Source: an uncultured Actinomycetes bacterium
GTDB lineage: Bacteria; Actinomycetota; Acidimicrobiia; IMCC26256; DASPTH01
Assembly (NCBI GenBank): GCA_963841415.1
Contig: CAWJCN010000004.1
Location: 403,038 to 467,037, forward strand
Length of the DNA stretch: 64,000 bases
Reading direction: 5' to 3'
The notes under the pieces are model-generated. The model made no database searches, was not told the DNA's origin, and was given only the letters and a program-made list of their open reading frames with translations. The position numbers and the translations under genes are program-made. Shown here one piece after another: positions 13,781 to 22,369 of the stretch; the first letter of the stretch is position 1, and each line of letters opens with the position of its first letter.

Positions 13781-14347
13781 CTACGTCGTGGTGGTGGTCG
13801 GTGGCGCCGTGGTCGTCGTCGGAGGCGCCGTGGTCGTGGTGGTGGGCGGCGCGGTGGTCGTCGTCGGCGGCGCCGTCGTCGTGGTCTCCGGCGGGCGCGT
13901 CGTGGAGGTGGTCGTGGAGCTCGTCGTGGAGCTCGTCGACGTGGACGACGACGTGGTGGTCGTCTTGGTGTTGTCGTCCCCGCTGTCGTCCGACAGCACG
14001 AGGGCCAGGATCACACCGATCAGCACCACCGCGAGGACCACCAGCGCGGCGATGAGCCAGCGCTGCCCCGACGACATCCCGCCCTCGTCGTCGGGCGGCA
14101 CCTCGCCGTTGCCGTTGCCGTCGTCGCCGCCCCCGCCGCCTCCCGCTGCTCCGGCCGCGCCCCCGGCTGCTCCCGCCCCGGCAACGGCGGCGGGCATCGC
14201 CATCGTCTGCTCGCTGGTCGGCTCCGATCCCGCGGCCGCGGCCGCGGGATCGGAGTCGACCGGGGCTCCGCAATTGCCGCAGACCGTCGCGCCCGGTTCG
14301 AGCGGCTGGCCGCACACGCCGCAGTAGCGGTACGAGGAGGTTTCCAC
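13781..14347 (-). CDS. Zinc-ribbon membrane protein with Thr/Pro-rich extracellular tail
   Basis: CGVCG...CGNCG, a single TM helix and TTTTAPP repeats. Confidence 0.8.
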   Translation of the reverse strand: METSSYRYCGVCGQPLEPGATVCGNCGAPVDSDPAAAAAGSEPTSEQTMAMPAAVAGAGAAGGAAGAAGGGGGGDDGNGNGEVPPDDEGGMSSGQRWLIAALVVLAVVLIGVILALVLSDDSGDDNTKTTTTSSSTSTSSTTSSTTTSTTRPPETTTTAPPTTTTAPPTTTTTAPPTTTTAPPTTTTT

Positions 14348-14348
14348 T

Positions 14349-15359
14349 TCAGGCTCCCAGAGTGAGTCGTGCCGCGACCGCCTGGTCGTGCACTCGGGCG
14401 GCCAACTCGCGTGCGATGCCGAGCACGCGCTCGGCCTGGGACGCACCGTAGCCCGCCAGTCCGCACGCCGGGGTGATCATCCCGCGCGTGCGGAGCGGCA
14501 CTGGATCACACCCGCGCCGCGTGAGCTCGCACCACAGCGCCGCGAGCGCGCGCCAGTGCGGGTCCGCCGATTCACCGACCGGACGGTCGGTGGGCACCGC
14601 ACCCCACGCGACCCAGCCGTCGCCGTCGAGGAAGCGGGCGAGCGCGACGGTGTGCTGCACGAGGTCGGAGTCGACCTCGACCCCGAGCACTTCGGGCCCG
14701 GCCTCGAGTGCCAGCGCGACGTCGCCCTCGCTGCACACGTGCACGCCGGTTGTGCTGTCGACCGCGGCAAGTGCGCCCGACAACACGTCGATCGCCGGCT
14801 CGCGATCGAGTGGAGCGTCGTCGCGTCGCCACGACACGAGCGCGGGCTCGTCGAGGAACAGGACGAGACCGGAGTCGGGGAGGCGCGCCGCGAGCAGCTC
14901 CTCGAGCGCGACCGACCATGCGCGTGTCGCCTCCGCGGCGCGCCGGAACGCTCGCGGGGCAGGGACACCCGCGGCGTGCAACGCGGTGCCCAGCGTCAGC
15001 GGGCCCGTGACCTGGGCCTTGACGCGCACGGGTGGACGCTCGCGCTGGGCGGCGAGGTCGAGGAACGCGAGAAGGCCGGCGTGCGCGTCGGGGCCGAACG
15101 AGCATTCAGGTTCTTCGTCCGACGCACCGAGGACCGTGATCGAGCCGTCGCGCGCGATCTCGACCTCGGGCAGTGCAACCAGCCACTGCGCCAGCATCCC
15201 CTCACGTGGGTCACGTCCGGGAAGCTGTGGAACCGCTGGGAGCTCGGGCAGGCAGCGCAGCACGAGCTCGGCGGCGGCAACGGGATCGTCGTGGGGCAGG
15301 CTCCCGATACCGGTCGCCACCCCGGGAACGAGCACCGGAGCCCGGAGGGTCGGCGACAT
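14349..15359 (-). CDS. Cobalamin-independent methionine synthase-like protein (C-terminal/core type)
   Basis: ATGIGSLP, DEPAL, GVHVC, ITPACGL; usual actinobacterial mnmA-ligA neighbourhood. Confidence 0.8.
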   Translation of the reverse strand: MSPTLRAPVLVPGVATGIGSLPHDDPVAAAELVLRCLPELPAVPQLPGRDPREGMLAQWLVALPEVEIARDGSITVLGASDEEPECSFGPDAHAGLLAFLDLAAQRERPPVRVKAQVTGPLTLGTALHAAGVPAPRAFRRAAEATRAWSVALEELLAARLPDSGLVLFLDEPALVSWRRDDAPLDREPAIDVLSGALAAVDSTTGVHVCSEGDVALALEAGPEVLGVEVDSDLVQHTVALARFLDGDGWVAWGAVPTDRPVGESADPHWRALAALWCELTRRGCDPVPLRTRGMITPACGLAGYGASQAERVLGIARELAARVHDQAVAARLTLGA

Positions 15360-15438
15360 GGGGTCGTACTCTACGATCGGCCGGGCGACGCGCTCCAAGC
15401 GAGCGCGCGCCGTCTGGTCGGAACGAACGGAGTCGACG

Positions 15439-16335
15439 CTGCCTCGTCCTCTCGCCCTGTGGTTGCTCCGCGCCGCGTGGGTCACCTTGCCACTCACCGC
15501 CGGACCCGCCGCGTCCTCGTCGCTCGCGACGTGGTCCGACGGCCCGCGCGTCGCGGGCGCGGCGTTGCTCTGGATCGCGTGGGGCGCCGGCCTGCTCGCG
15601 GCCCTCGCGCCACGTCCGGTCACGCTCACCGTGATCCGCGCGATCGCGCCCGCGTTCGTGGTCGGCGCAGTGCTGGTGGCGATCGACGGCCACGCGTCGA
15701 CCGTGGCGACGGTCGCCGCGACCGTCGCAACGCTCGTGTGCTCCGTGCTCGTGTCGGGTCACGACCTCGCGTCGGCTGCCGCCAATGCGATCGCGTACGG
15801 CAACGAGCAGCGCTACCCGCTGCGGGTCCCGCCGGCGCTGTTCCTCGGCCCGATCCCGGGTGCGCGCCTGCTCGTGGCGGCGGGAGTGGTGGCGCCGGTG
15901 CTGCTGCTGGCCGACGGCGAGATCGTGGTCGGCATCGCCTCACTCCTGGTGGGCGCGGGGGTGGTCTACGTGCTCGGCCGCTCGCTCGATGCGCTGTCAC
16001 GGCGTTGGGCCGTCCTCGTCCCGGCCGGTTTCGTGGTCGTCGACCGCCTGACCCTGGCTGACCCCGTGCTGTTCCTGCGCGAGCACGTCCGCCACCTCGC
16101 CCCCGAACCGCCGACCGCGGCTCCCGAGGGCGCGCTCGACCTGCGTCTCGGCGCTGGCGCCGGCTCGGTGTCGGCGGGCTTCGACGAGGTCGTCGACCTC
16201 ACCCGCGCCGCTCGCGGGCGACACGGCGGCGCGGTGGTCACGACCGACGAGATCCGGTTCGCGGTCACGCGGCGCGACGAGTTCTTGCGGACGGCGGCCG
16301 GTCGTCGACTGCCCGTGCGCGTACCGGTCAGGTAG
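15439..16335 (+). CDS. Hypothetical multi-pass membrane protein (start uncertain)
   Basis: About 6 hydrophobic helices; SRRWAVLVPAGFVVVD. Confidence 0.7.
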   Translation: MPRPLALWLLRAAWVTLPLTAGPAASSSLATWSDGPRVAGAALLWIAWGAGLLAALAPRPVTLTVIRAIAPAFVVGAVLVAIDGHASTVATVAATVATLVCSVLVSGHDLASAAANAIAYGNEQRYPLRVPPALFLGPIPGARLLVAAGVVAPVLLLADGEIVVGIASLLVGAGVVYVLGRSLDALSRRWAVLVPAGFVVVDRLTLADPVLFLREHVRHLAPEPPTAAPEGALDLRLGAGAGSVSAGFDEVVDLTRAARGRHGGAVVTTDEIRFAVTRRDEFLRTAAGRRLPVRVPVR

Positions 16336-17359
16336 CGATCCCGCCGCCGAGGAGCATCTCGCCCGCGTAGAACGCCACGACCTGCCCGGGCGCGACGCGC
16401 GGTTGGGGTGTGGCGAACTCCACCGTGGCGCCGTCGAGCCGGCTGGCGATGGGCGCACCGTGCGCGCGCACCTGCACTTCGAGGTCGTCACGGCCGGCCG
16501 GTGACGCGTCGACGTACGTGAGCTCTCGCAGGCTCACCGACTCGCACAGCAGATCATGCCGGTCGCCCAGCACGACGGTGGCCGTGCGCGCGTCGACGTC
16601 GACCACGTAGCGACGCTCGCCCGTGGCGACCCCGAGGCCGCGGCGCTGGCCGATGGTGAAGGCGGCAACGCCGTCGTGAGTACCGAGCGGGTGACCCTGC
16701 GCGTCGACGATCGTCCCGGCGCGCGCCGGCACGCGTTCGGCGAGGAACGACCGCCGCCCGCCCCGCGTGATGAAGCAGACGTCCATGCTCTCGGCCTTGG
16801 TCGCGGTGCGGAGACGGAGACTCGCCGCGTGGGCGCGCACCTCCGCCTTCGTGAGCTCGCCGATCGGCAACCGCGTGCGCGCCAACTCGCGCTGCCCGAG
16901 CATGTAGAGCACGTACGACTGGTCCTTGGCGAAATCGGTGCCGCGCCGCAACGCGCGCGACCCGTCGCGCTCGACGGTGACACGCGCGTGGTGCCCGGTC
17001 GCGACCGCGTCGAAGCCGAGCGCCTCGGCGCGTTCGAACAGGAGCCCGAACTTGATCGCCCGGTTGCACTCGACACAGGGATTGGGCGTGCGGCCCGCCG
17101 CATGGTCGCGCACGTAGGGCGCGACGACCGCGTCGTCGAAGGCATCGGTGAGGTTGAAGACGTAGTGCGGGACACCGAGTTGCGCGGCGACGCGGCGGGC
17201 GTCCTCGACGTCGCCGACGCTGCAACACCCGGAGTCGGACTCGCCGCCCCAGAGCTTGAGGGTCACGCCGGTGACGTCGTGGCCCTGCTCCAGCAGGAGC
17301 GCCGCCGCGACCGACGAGTCGACCCCGCCGCTCATCGCGACGAGCACACGTTGCTTCAC
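16328..17359 (-). CDS. mnmA: tRNA 2-thiouridylase
   Basis: AMSGGVDSSV, TPNPCVECN, KDQSYVL, TIGQRRGLG, PGQ. Confidence 0.96.
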   Translation of the reverse strand: MKQRVLVAMSGGVDSSVAAALLLEQGHDVTGVTLKLWGGESDSGCCSVGDVEDARRVAAQLGVPHYVFNLTDAFDDAVVAPYVRDHAAGRTPNPCVECNRAIKFGLLFERAEALGFDAVATGHHARVTVERDGSRALRRGTDFAKDQSYVLYMLGQRELARTRLPIGELTKAEVRAHAASLRLRTATKAESMDVCFITRGGRRSFLAERVPARAGTIVDAQGHPLGTHDGVAAFTIGQRRGLGVATGERRYVVDVDARTATVVLGDRHDLLCESVSLRELTYVDASPAGRDDLEVQVRAHGAPIASRLDGATVEFATPQPRVAPGQVVAFYAGEMLLGGGIAT

Positions 17360-17369
17360 GCCGTCACCG

Positions 17370-18548
17370 TCACGCGGCGGTGCGTCGGAGCTGCGCCACC
17401 GCTCGTGGGACCACGTCCAGCGCGACGTCGACGTCGTGGTCGGTGGACGCGAACCCCAGGCTCAGGCGGATCGAAGCGAGCGCGAGGTCGCGCGGCAACC
17501 CGATCGCGGCGAGCACGTGCGACGGCTCGGTCGCACCCGAGGAGCACGACGAACCGGCCGCGCCGTAGACCCCGGCCTGGTCGAGCGCGACGAGCAGCGT
17601 TTCGGCCTCGACTCCAGGGAAACCGACGTGCGCGTTGCCCGCCACCTTCGCGGCGCGGTCGCCGTTCTCGAACGCGTCGGGAACGGCCGCGAGCAGGCCC
17701 TCGACCAGGCGGTCGCGGAGCACCGCCAGGCGCGCCACGTCGGCGGCCCGCTCGGCGCAGGTCACGCGCAGCGCCGCCGCCATCGCGACCGCACCCGCGA
17801 CGTTGGACGTGCCCGAGCGCAGGCCCCGCTCCTGACCGCCCCCTTCGATGAGCGGCTCGAGCGCGACCCCGCCCCGCACGACGAGCGCGCCGATGCCCTT
17901 GGGTCCGCCGAACTTGTGGGCCGAGACCGCGACGAGGTCGACGTGAGCAGTCGCGTCGGCCACGTCGATCCACGGCACCGCCTGGACCGCGTCGGTGTGC
18001 ACCACCACGCCGGGCACGCGCTCACGTACGAGGCACGCGATCTCCGCGACCGGTTGCACCGTGCCCACCTCGTTGTTCACGAACATCACCGAGACGACCG
18101 CCGTGCGATCATCGAGCGCGGCCACGATCGCCGCGGGGTCGACCACGCCGTTCGCGCCCGGCGCGACCCGGGTGACCCGGAAGCCCTCGACCGCGAGCCG
18201 GTCGCACGACGCCAGGACGCCCTTGTGCTCGAACGCGGTCGTGACCACACCGTCACCCGTGCCCGTGGCTCGGGCGGTCCGGGCGGCTCCCTTCACGCCG
18301 AGGTTGTCGGCCTCGGTGCCGCCCCCGGTGAGCACGACCTCGTCCGGCCGGGCGCCGAGCAGGTCGGCCACCTCCTCCCGGGCGGCCTCGAGGGCCGACT
18401 TGGCGGCGCGGGCCACCGCGTGGCCGCCGCTCGGGTTCCCGAACGTGGCGGCGAGGAACGGTGCCATCGCGTCGACCGCCTCGGGTCGGAGGGGCGTGGT
18501 CGCGGCGTGATCGAGGTACACGCCAACCGGCGTCGGCGGGCTGCTCAC
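17370..18548 (-). CDS. iscS: Cysteine desulfurase
   Basis: YLDHAATTP, SAHKFGGPKG, GSSCSSG; TACACT -10 box 6 nt before the GTG. Confidence 0.92.
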   Translation of the reverse strand: MSSPPTPVGVYLDHAATTPLRPEAVDAMAPFLAATFGNPSGGHAVARAAKSALEAAREEVADLLGARPDEVVLTGGGTEADNLGVKGAARTARATGTGDGVVTTAFEHKGVLASCDRLAVEGFRVTRVAPGANGVVDPAAIVAALDDRTAVVSVMFVNNEVGTVQPVAEIACLVRERVPGVVVHTDAVQAVPWIDVADATAHVDLVAVSAHKFGGPKGIGALVVRGGVALEPLIEGGGQERGLRSGTSNVAGAVAMAAALRVTCAERAADVARLAVLRDRLVEGLLAAVPDAFENGDRAAKVAGNAHVGFPGVEAETLLVALDQAGVYGAAGSSCSSGATEPSHVLAAIGLPRDLALASIRLSLGFASTDHDVDVALDVVPRAVAQLRRTAA

Positions 18549-18575
18549 CGTTCGAGTGTAGGGAGCCGGAATAAG

Positions 18576-18603
18576 TGTCACACCCCCCGGCGATACTCCT
18601 CGT
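18576..18603 (+). promoter_or_regulatory. GTCACACCC-type promoter of the small ORF
   Basis: TGTC-ACACCCCCCGGC-GATACT-N6-GTG. Confidence 0.55.
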
Positions 18604-18864
18604 GTGAGCACGCAGCTGCGCCTCGTCGAGCCCCCGGAGCCCCGGCCGCCGGCTACCACCCGTGCGCCGAAGCGGCGCGCCCGTTCCGGCGATCGGCCCC
18701 GCGCCACCCGCGCCACCGTCACGGCCCGCACCGGGCGGCGTGCCGCGGGCTGGGGCGACTGGCACCTCGACGCCCGCACCCGCCGGGTGGGCCAGGCGGG
18801 GGTCGCCCGAGCCCGGAAGGCCCTCGAGGCCGCCGCAGAGCAGGAGCTGTCCCAGGCCAGCTGA
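18604..18864 (+). CDS. Small basic hypothetical protein (86 aa)
   Basis: N-terminal QLRLV, C-terminal [22 protein letters not shown] helix; promoter motif directly upstream. Confidence 0.7.
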   Translation: MSTQLRLVEPPEPRPPATTRAPKRRARSGDRPRATRATVTARTGRRAAGWGDWHLDARTRRVGQAGVARARKALEAAAEQELSQAS

Positions 18865-18865
18865 C

Positions 18866-19037
18866 GCTCCGGACCCGCCTGAATGCGCCGGAGCCAAGGC
18901 TCCGGACCCGCCTGAATGCGCCGGACCCAAGGCTCCGGACCCGCCTGAATGCGCCGGACCCAAGGCTCCGGACCCGCCTGAATGCGCCGGACCCAAGGCT
19001 CCGGACCCGCCTGAATGCGCCGGAGCCAAGGCTCCGG
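18866..19037 (+). repeat. Tandem array of five 33-bp units containing TGA-ATG junctions
   Basis: GCTCCGGACCCGCCTGAATGCGCCGGA(G/C)CCAAG at 18866, 18899, 18932, 18965 and 18998. Confidence 0.95.
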
Positions 19038-19075
19038 CTTCTCTCCGCTCCGAAGGCGGCCGTACCCTTTCGGGC

Positions 19076-21208
19076 ATGGGTGACAGCGAACGTCCTTCAC
19101 GGTCCGACTGGGAGGCCCTGGCCGCCAAGGAGGTCAAGGGCGACGTCGACGCCCTCACGTGGCACACACCCGAGGGCATCGACGTCCAGCCCCTCTACAC
19201 CGCCGACGACCTCGAGCAGCTGGAGTCGGTCGGGGGCCTGCCCGGCTTCGAGCCGTTCGTGCGCGGCGTCCGGGCCACGATGTACGCCAACCGCCCCTGG
19301 ACCATCCGCCAGTACGCCGGCTTCTCCACCGCCGAGGAGTCGAACGCCTTCTACCGGGCCAACCTCGCGGCCGGGCAGATGGGCCTGTCGGTGGCCTTCG
19401 ACCTGGCCACCCACCGCGGCTACGACAGCGACCATCCCCGGGTCGTCGGTGATGTGGGCAAGGCCGGCGTCGCCATCGACTCGGTCGAGGACATGAAGGT
19501 GCTCTTCGACGGCATCCCGCTCGACCAGATGACCGTCTCCATGACCATGAACGGCGCGGTGCTGCCGATCCTCGCGGGCTACGTGGTGGCCGCCGAGGAG
19601 CAGGGCGTCGACCAGGCGCAGCTCGCCGGGACCATCCAGAACGACATCCTCAAGGAGTTCATGGTCCGCAACACCTACATCTATCCGCCCGAGCCGAGCA
19701 TGCGGATCGTGGCCGACATCATCGAGTACACGGCCCGCAACATGCCGAAGTTCAACTCGATCTCGATCTCCGGCTACCACATGCAGGAGGCCGGCGCGAC
19801 CGCGGTGCAGGAGCTCGCGTTCACGATCGCCGACGGCCTCGAGTACGTGCGCGCCGCCCTCGCACGCGGCCTCAGCATCGACGAGTTCGCCGGACGGCTC
19901 TCGTTCTTCTTCGCCATCGGCATGAACTTCTTCATGGAGGTCGCGAAGCTGCGCGCGGCGCGCCTCCTGTGGTCGCGCGTCATCGGTCAGTTCGACCCGC
20001 AGAAGCCGGGCTCGTCGATGCTGCGCACGCATTGCCAGACGTCGGGCGTCTCGCTCACCGAGCAAGACCCGTACAACAACATCGTGCGCACCACCGTCGA
20101 GGCGCTGGCGGCCGTGCTGGGCGGCACGCAGAGCCTGCACACCAACTCGTTCGACGAGGCCATCGCGCTGCCGAGCGAGTTCGCCGCCCGTGTCGCGCGC
20201 AACACGCAGCTGATCCTCGCCGAGGAGACCGGCGTCACCAAGGTCGTCGACCCGCTCGGCGGCAGCTACTACGTCGAGGCGCTCACCGCGAGCCTGGCCA
20301 ACGCGGCGTGGACGCTCATCGAGGAGGTCGAGTCGCTCGGCGGCATGACCAAGGCGGTCGAGTCGGGCATGCCGAAGTTGCGCATCGAGGAAGCGGCCGC
20401 GCGCAGGCAGGCCGCGATCGACCGCGGCGACGAAGTGATCGTCGGAGTCAACAAGTACCGGCTCGCCGAGGAGGGTTCGGTCGACGTGCGCGACGTCGAC
20501 AACGCCACGGTGCGCGAGCAGCAGCTCGCGCGGCTCGCCGAGCTGCGAGCGACGCGCGACGAAGCCGCGTGCGAGACGGCGCTCGACGCGCTGCGCGAGG
20601 GTGCGCGGGGCAACGGCAACCTGCTCGAGCTCTCGATCGCGGCGACGCGTGCCCGCGCGACCGTCGGCGAGATCTCCGATGCCATGGAGGAGGTGTTCTC
20701 ACGTCACCGGGCCACGATCCGTAGCATCTCGGGGGTGTACGGCGCCGCGTACGAGGGTGACGAGGGCTACGCCCGGGTGCATGCCGCGGTCGACGAGTTC
20801 GCGGCGGAGGCCGGCCGCCGCCCGCGCATCCTCGTCGCGAAGCTCGGCCAGGACGGCCACGACCGCGGCGCCAAGGTGATCGCAACCGCGTTCGCCGACC
20901 TCGGCTTCGACGTCGACGTCGGTCCGCTCTTCCAGACCCCGGAGGAAGCGGCACGTGACGCGATCGAGAACGACGTGCACCTCGTCGGCGTGTCGAGCCA
21001 GGCGGCCGGGCACAAGACGCTCATCCCCGAGCTGATCGCCCAGCTGCGCAAGCAGGGCGGCGACGACATCCTCGTCGTGGCGGGCGGTGTGATCCCGGCC
21101 CAGGACTACGACGAGCTGCGTGACGCGGGCGTCGCCGCCATCTTCGGCCCCGGCACCAACATCCCGGAGGCCGCGGCCGAGATCGTCCGCCTGCTCCGCC
21201 GCAACTGA
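19076..21208 (+). CDS. scpA: Methylmalonyl-CoA mutase (fused catalytic and B12-binding domains)
   Basis: [17 protein letters not shown]12 motif QDGHDRG; TACCCT -10 box 7 nt before the ATG. Confidence 0.96.
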   Translation: MGDSERPSRSDWEALAAKEVKGDVDALTWHTPEGIDVQPLYTADDLEQLESVGGLPGFEPFVRGVRATMYANRPWTIRQYAGFSTAEESNAFYRANLAAGQMGLSVAFDLATHRGYDSDHPRVVGDVGKAGVAIDSVEDMKVLFDGIPLDQMTVSMTMNGAVLPILAGYVVAAEEQGVDQAQLAGTIQNDILKEFMVRNTYIYPPEPSMRIVADIIEYTARNMPKFNSISISGYHMQEAGATAVQELAFTIADGLEYVRAALARGLSIDEFAGRLSFFFAIGMNFFMEVAKLRAARLLWSRVIGQFDPQKPGSSMLRTHCQTSGVSLTEQDPYNNIVRTTVEALAAVLGGTQSLHTNSFDEAIALPSEFAARVARNTQLILAEETGVTKVVDPLGGSYYVEALTASLANAAWTLIEEVESLGGMTKAVESGMPKLRIEEAAARRQAAIDRGDEVIVGVNKYRLAEEGSVDVRDVDNATVREQQLARLAELRATRDEAACETALDALREGARGNGNLLELSIAATRARATVGEISDAMEEVFSRHRATIRSISGVYGAAYEGDEGYARVHAAVDEFAAEAGRRPRILVAKLGQDGHDRGAKVIATAFADLGFDVDVGPLFQTPEEAARDAIENDVHLVGVSSQAAGHKTLIPELIAQLRKQGGDDILVVAGGVIPAQDYDELRDAGVAAIFGPGTNIPEAAAEIVRLLRRN

Positions 21209-21233
21209 CAGTCGCTCCCGTACCCTCACGGTC

Positions 21234-21349
21234 GTGAGGAGACCCGCAACGTGAGCGCCCCGGTGCACGCGAGCGAACGGCGGCGGGCCGGGTGCCCCGA
21301 CTCGCAGAGAGCGAGCCATCGAGCAGGCGCCGGAGAGCGGGAAACATGA
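21234..21349 (+). repeat. MIRU-like element: two chained mini-ORFs leading into meaB
   Basis: GTG 21234 to TGA 21254 overlaps GTG 21251 to TGA 21349, which overlaps the meaB ATG; 51-nt module 44/51 identical to 25504-25554. Confidence 0.7.
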
Positions 21350-22317
21350 GCGAACTGGCGCGACAGCTCGTCGACGGCGACCGGCGCGCGCTGGCGCGCG
21401 CGATCACCCTCGTCGAGTCGACGCGTGCCGACCACCGTGCCGAGGCCGAGAAGCTGCTCGCCGAGGTCCTGCCCCACGTCGGTGGCGCGGTGCGCGTCGG
21501 CATCTCCGGGGCGCCCGGTGCCGGGAAGTCCACCTTCATCGAAGCGCTCGGCGGCCACCTCGTCGCGCACGACCACCGCGTCGCGGTGCTCGCGGTCGAC
21601 CCGTCGAGCACGCGCAGCGGGGGCTCGATCCTCGGCGACAAGACGCGCATGGAGCAGCTCACGCGATCGCCGCTCGCGTTCGTCCGGCCCTCGCCCACAG
21701 GGGGAACCCTCGGTGGCGTGGCGCGGCGCACGCGGGAGGCGCTGCTCCTGTGTGAGGCCGCCGGCTTCGACGTCGTGCTGGTGGAGACGGTCGGCGTCGG
21801 TCAGTCGGAGGTGAAGGTCGCCGCCATGGTCGATCTCTTCGTCGTGCTGGTCGCGCCGGGCGGCGGCGACGAGCTGCAGGGCCTGAAGCGCGGGATCATG
21901 GAGCTCGCCGACCTCGTGGTGGTCAACAAGGCGGACGGCGACCTCGCGGGCACCGCGGCGCACACCGCCGCCGACTACGCCGCCGCGCTCCACCTCGTCC
22001 GACCCCGGATCCCGCCCTGGATCCCCCAGGTCCTGACGTGCTCGGCGCTGATCGGCGTCGGCATCCCCGAGGTGTGGGACGCCGTGGCGGCCTTCGGGGA
22101 GGCGGTCGCGCCGGTGCTGGCCGACCTCCGAGCGGCCCAGAACCGCGACTGGATGTGGTCCGAGGTCACCGACTCCCTCCTCGACGCGCTCACCGCCGAC
22201 GCTCCCACCGCCGCGCTCGCTCGGCGGCTCGAGGCCGAGGTCGCCGCCGGCTCGGCGACGCCCACCGCGGCGGCCCGGGCGGTCGTCGCCGCCTTCCTCG
22301 ACCAACGCCACAGCTGA
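21346..22317 (+). CDS. meaB: Methylmalonyl-CoA mutase-associated GTPase
   Basis: [33 protein letters not shown]. Confidence 0.95.
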   Translation: MSELARQLVDGDRRALARAITLVESTRADHRAEAEKLLAEVLPHVGGAVRVGISGAPGAGKSTFIEALGGHLVAHDHRVAVLAVDPSSTRSGGSILGDKTRMEQLTRSPLAFVRPSPTGGTLGGVARRTREALLLCEAAGFDVVLVETVGVGQSEVKVAAMVDLFVVLVAPGGGDELQGLKRGIMELADLVVVNKADGDLAGTAAHTAADYAAALHLVRPRIPPWIPQVLTCSALIGVGIPEVWDAVAAFGEAVAPVLADLRAAQNRDWMWSEVTDSLLDALTADAPTAALARRLEAEVAAGSATPTAAARAVVAAFLDQRHS

Positions 22318-22369
22318 GGGCCGGCAATCGGTTCTCGGCTCAAGTCCGAGGCGGCCAAATACCGACAGA

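Noticed and set aside
18662-19075. Repeat-containing N-terminal extension of ScpA (848-aa ORF), or a CRISPR array
   Set aside because: Mutase homology starts near ATG 19076, which has its own -10 box; the array has no spacers
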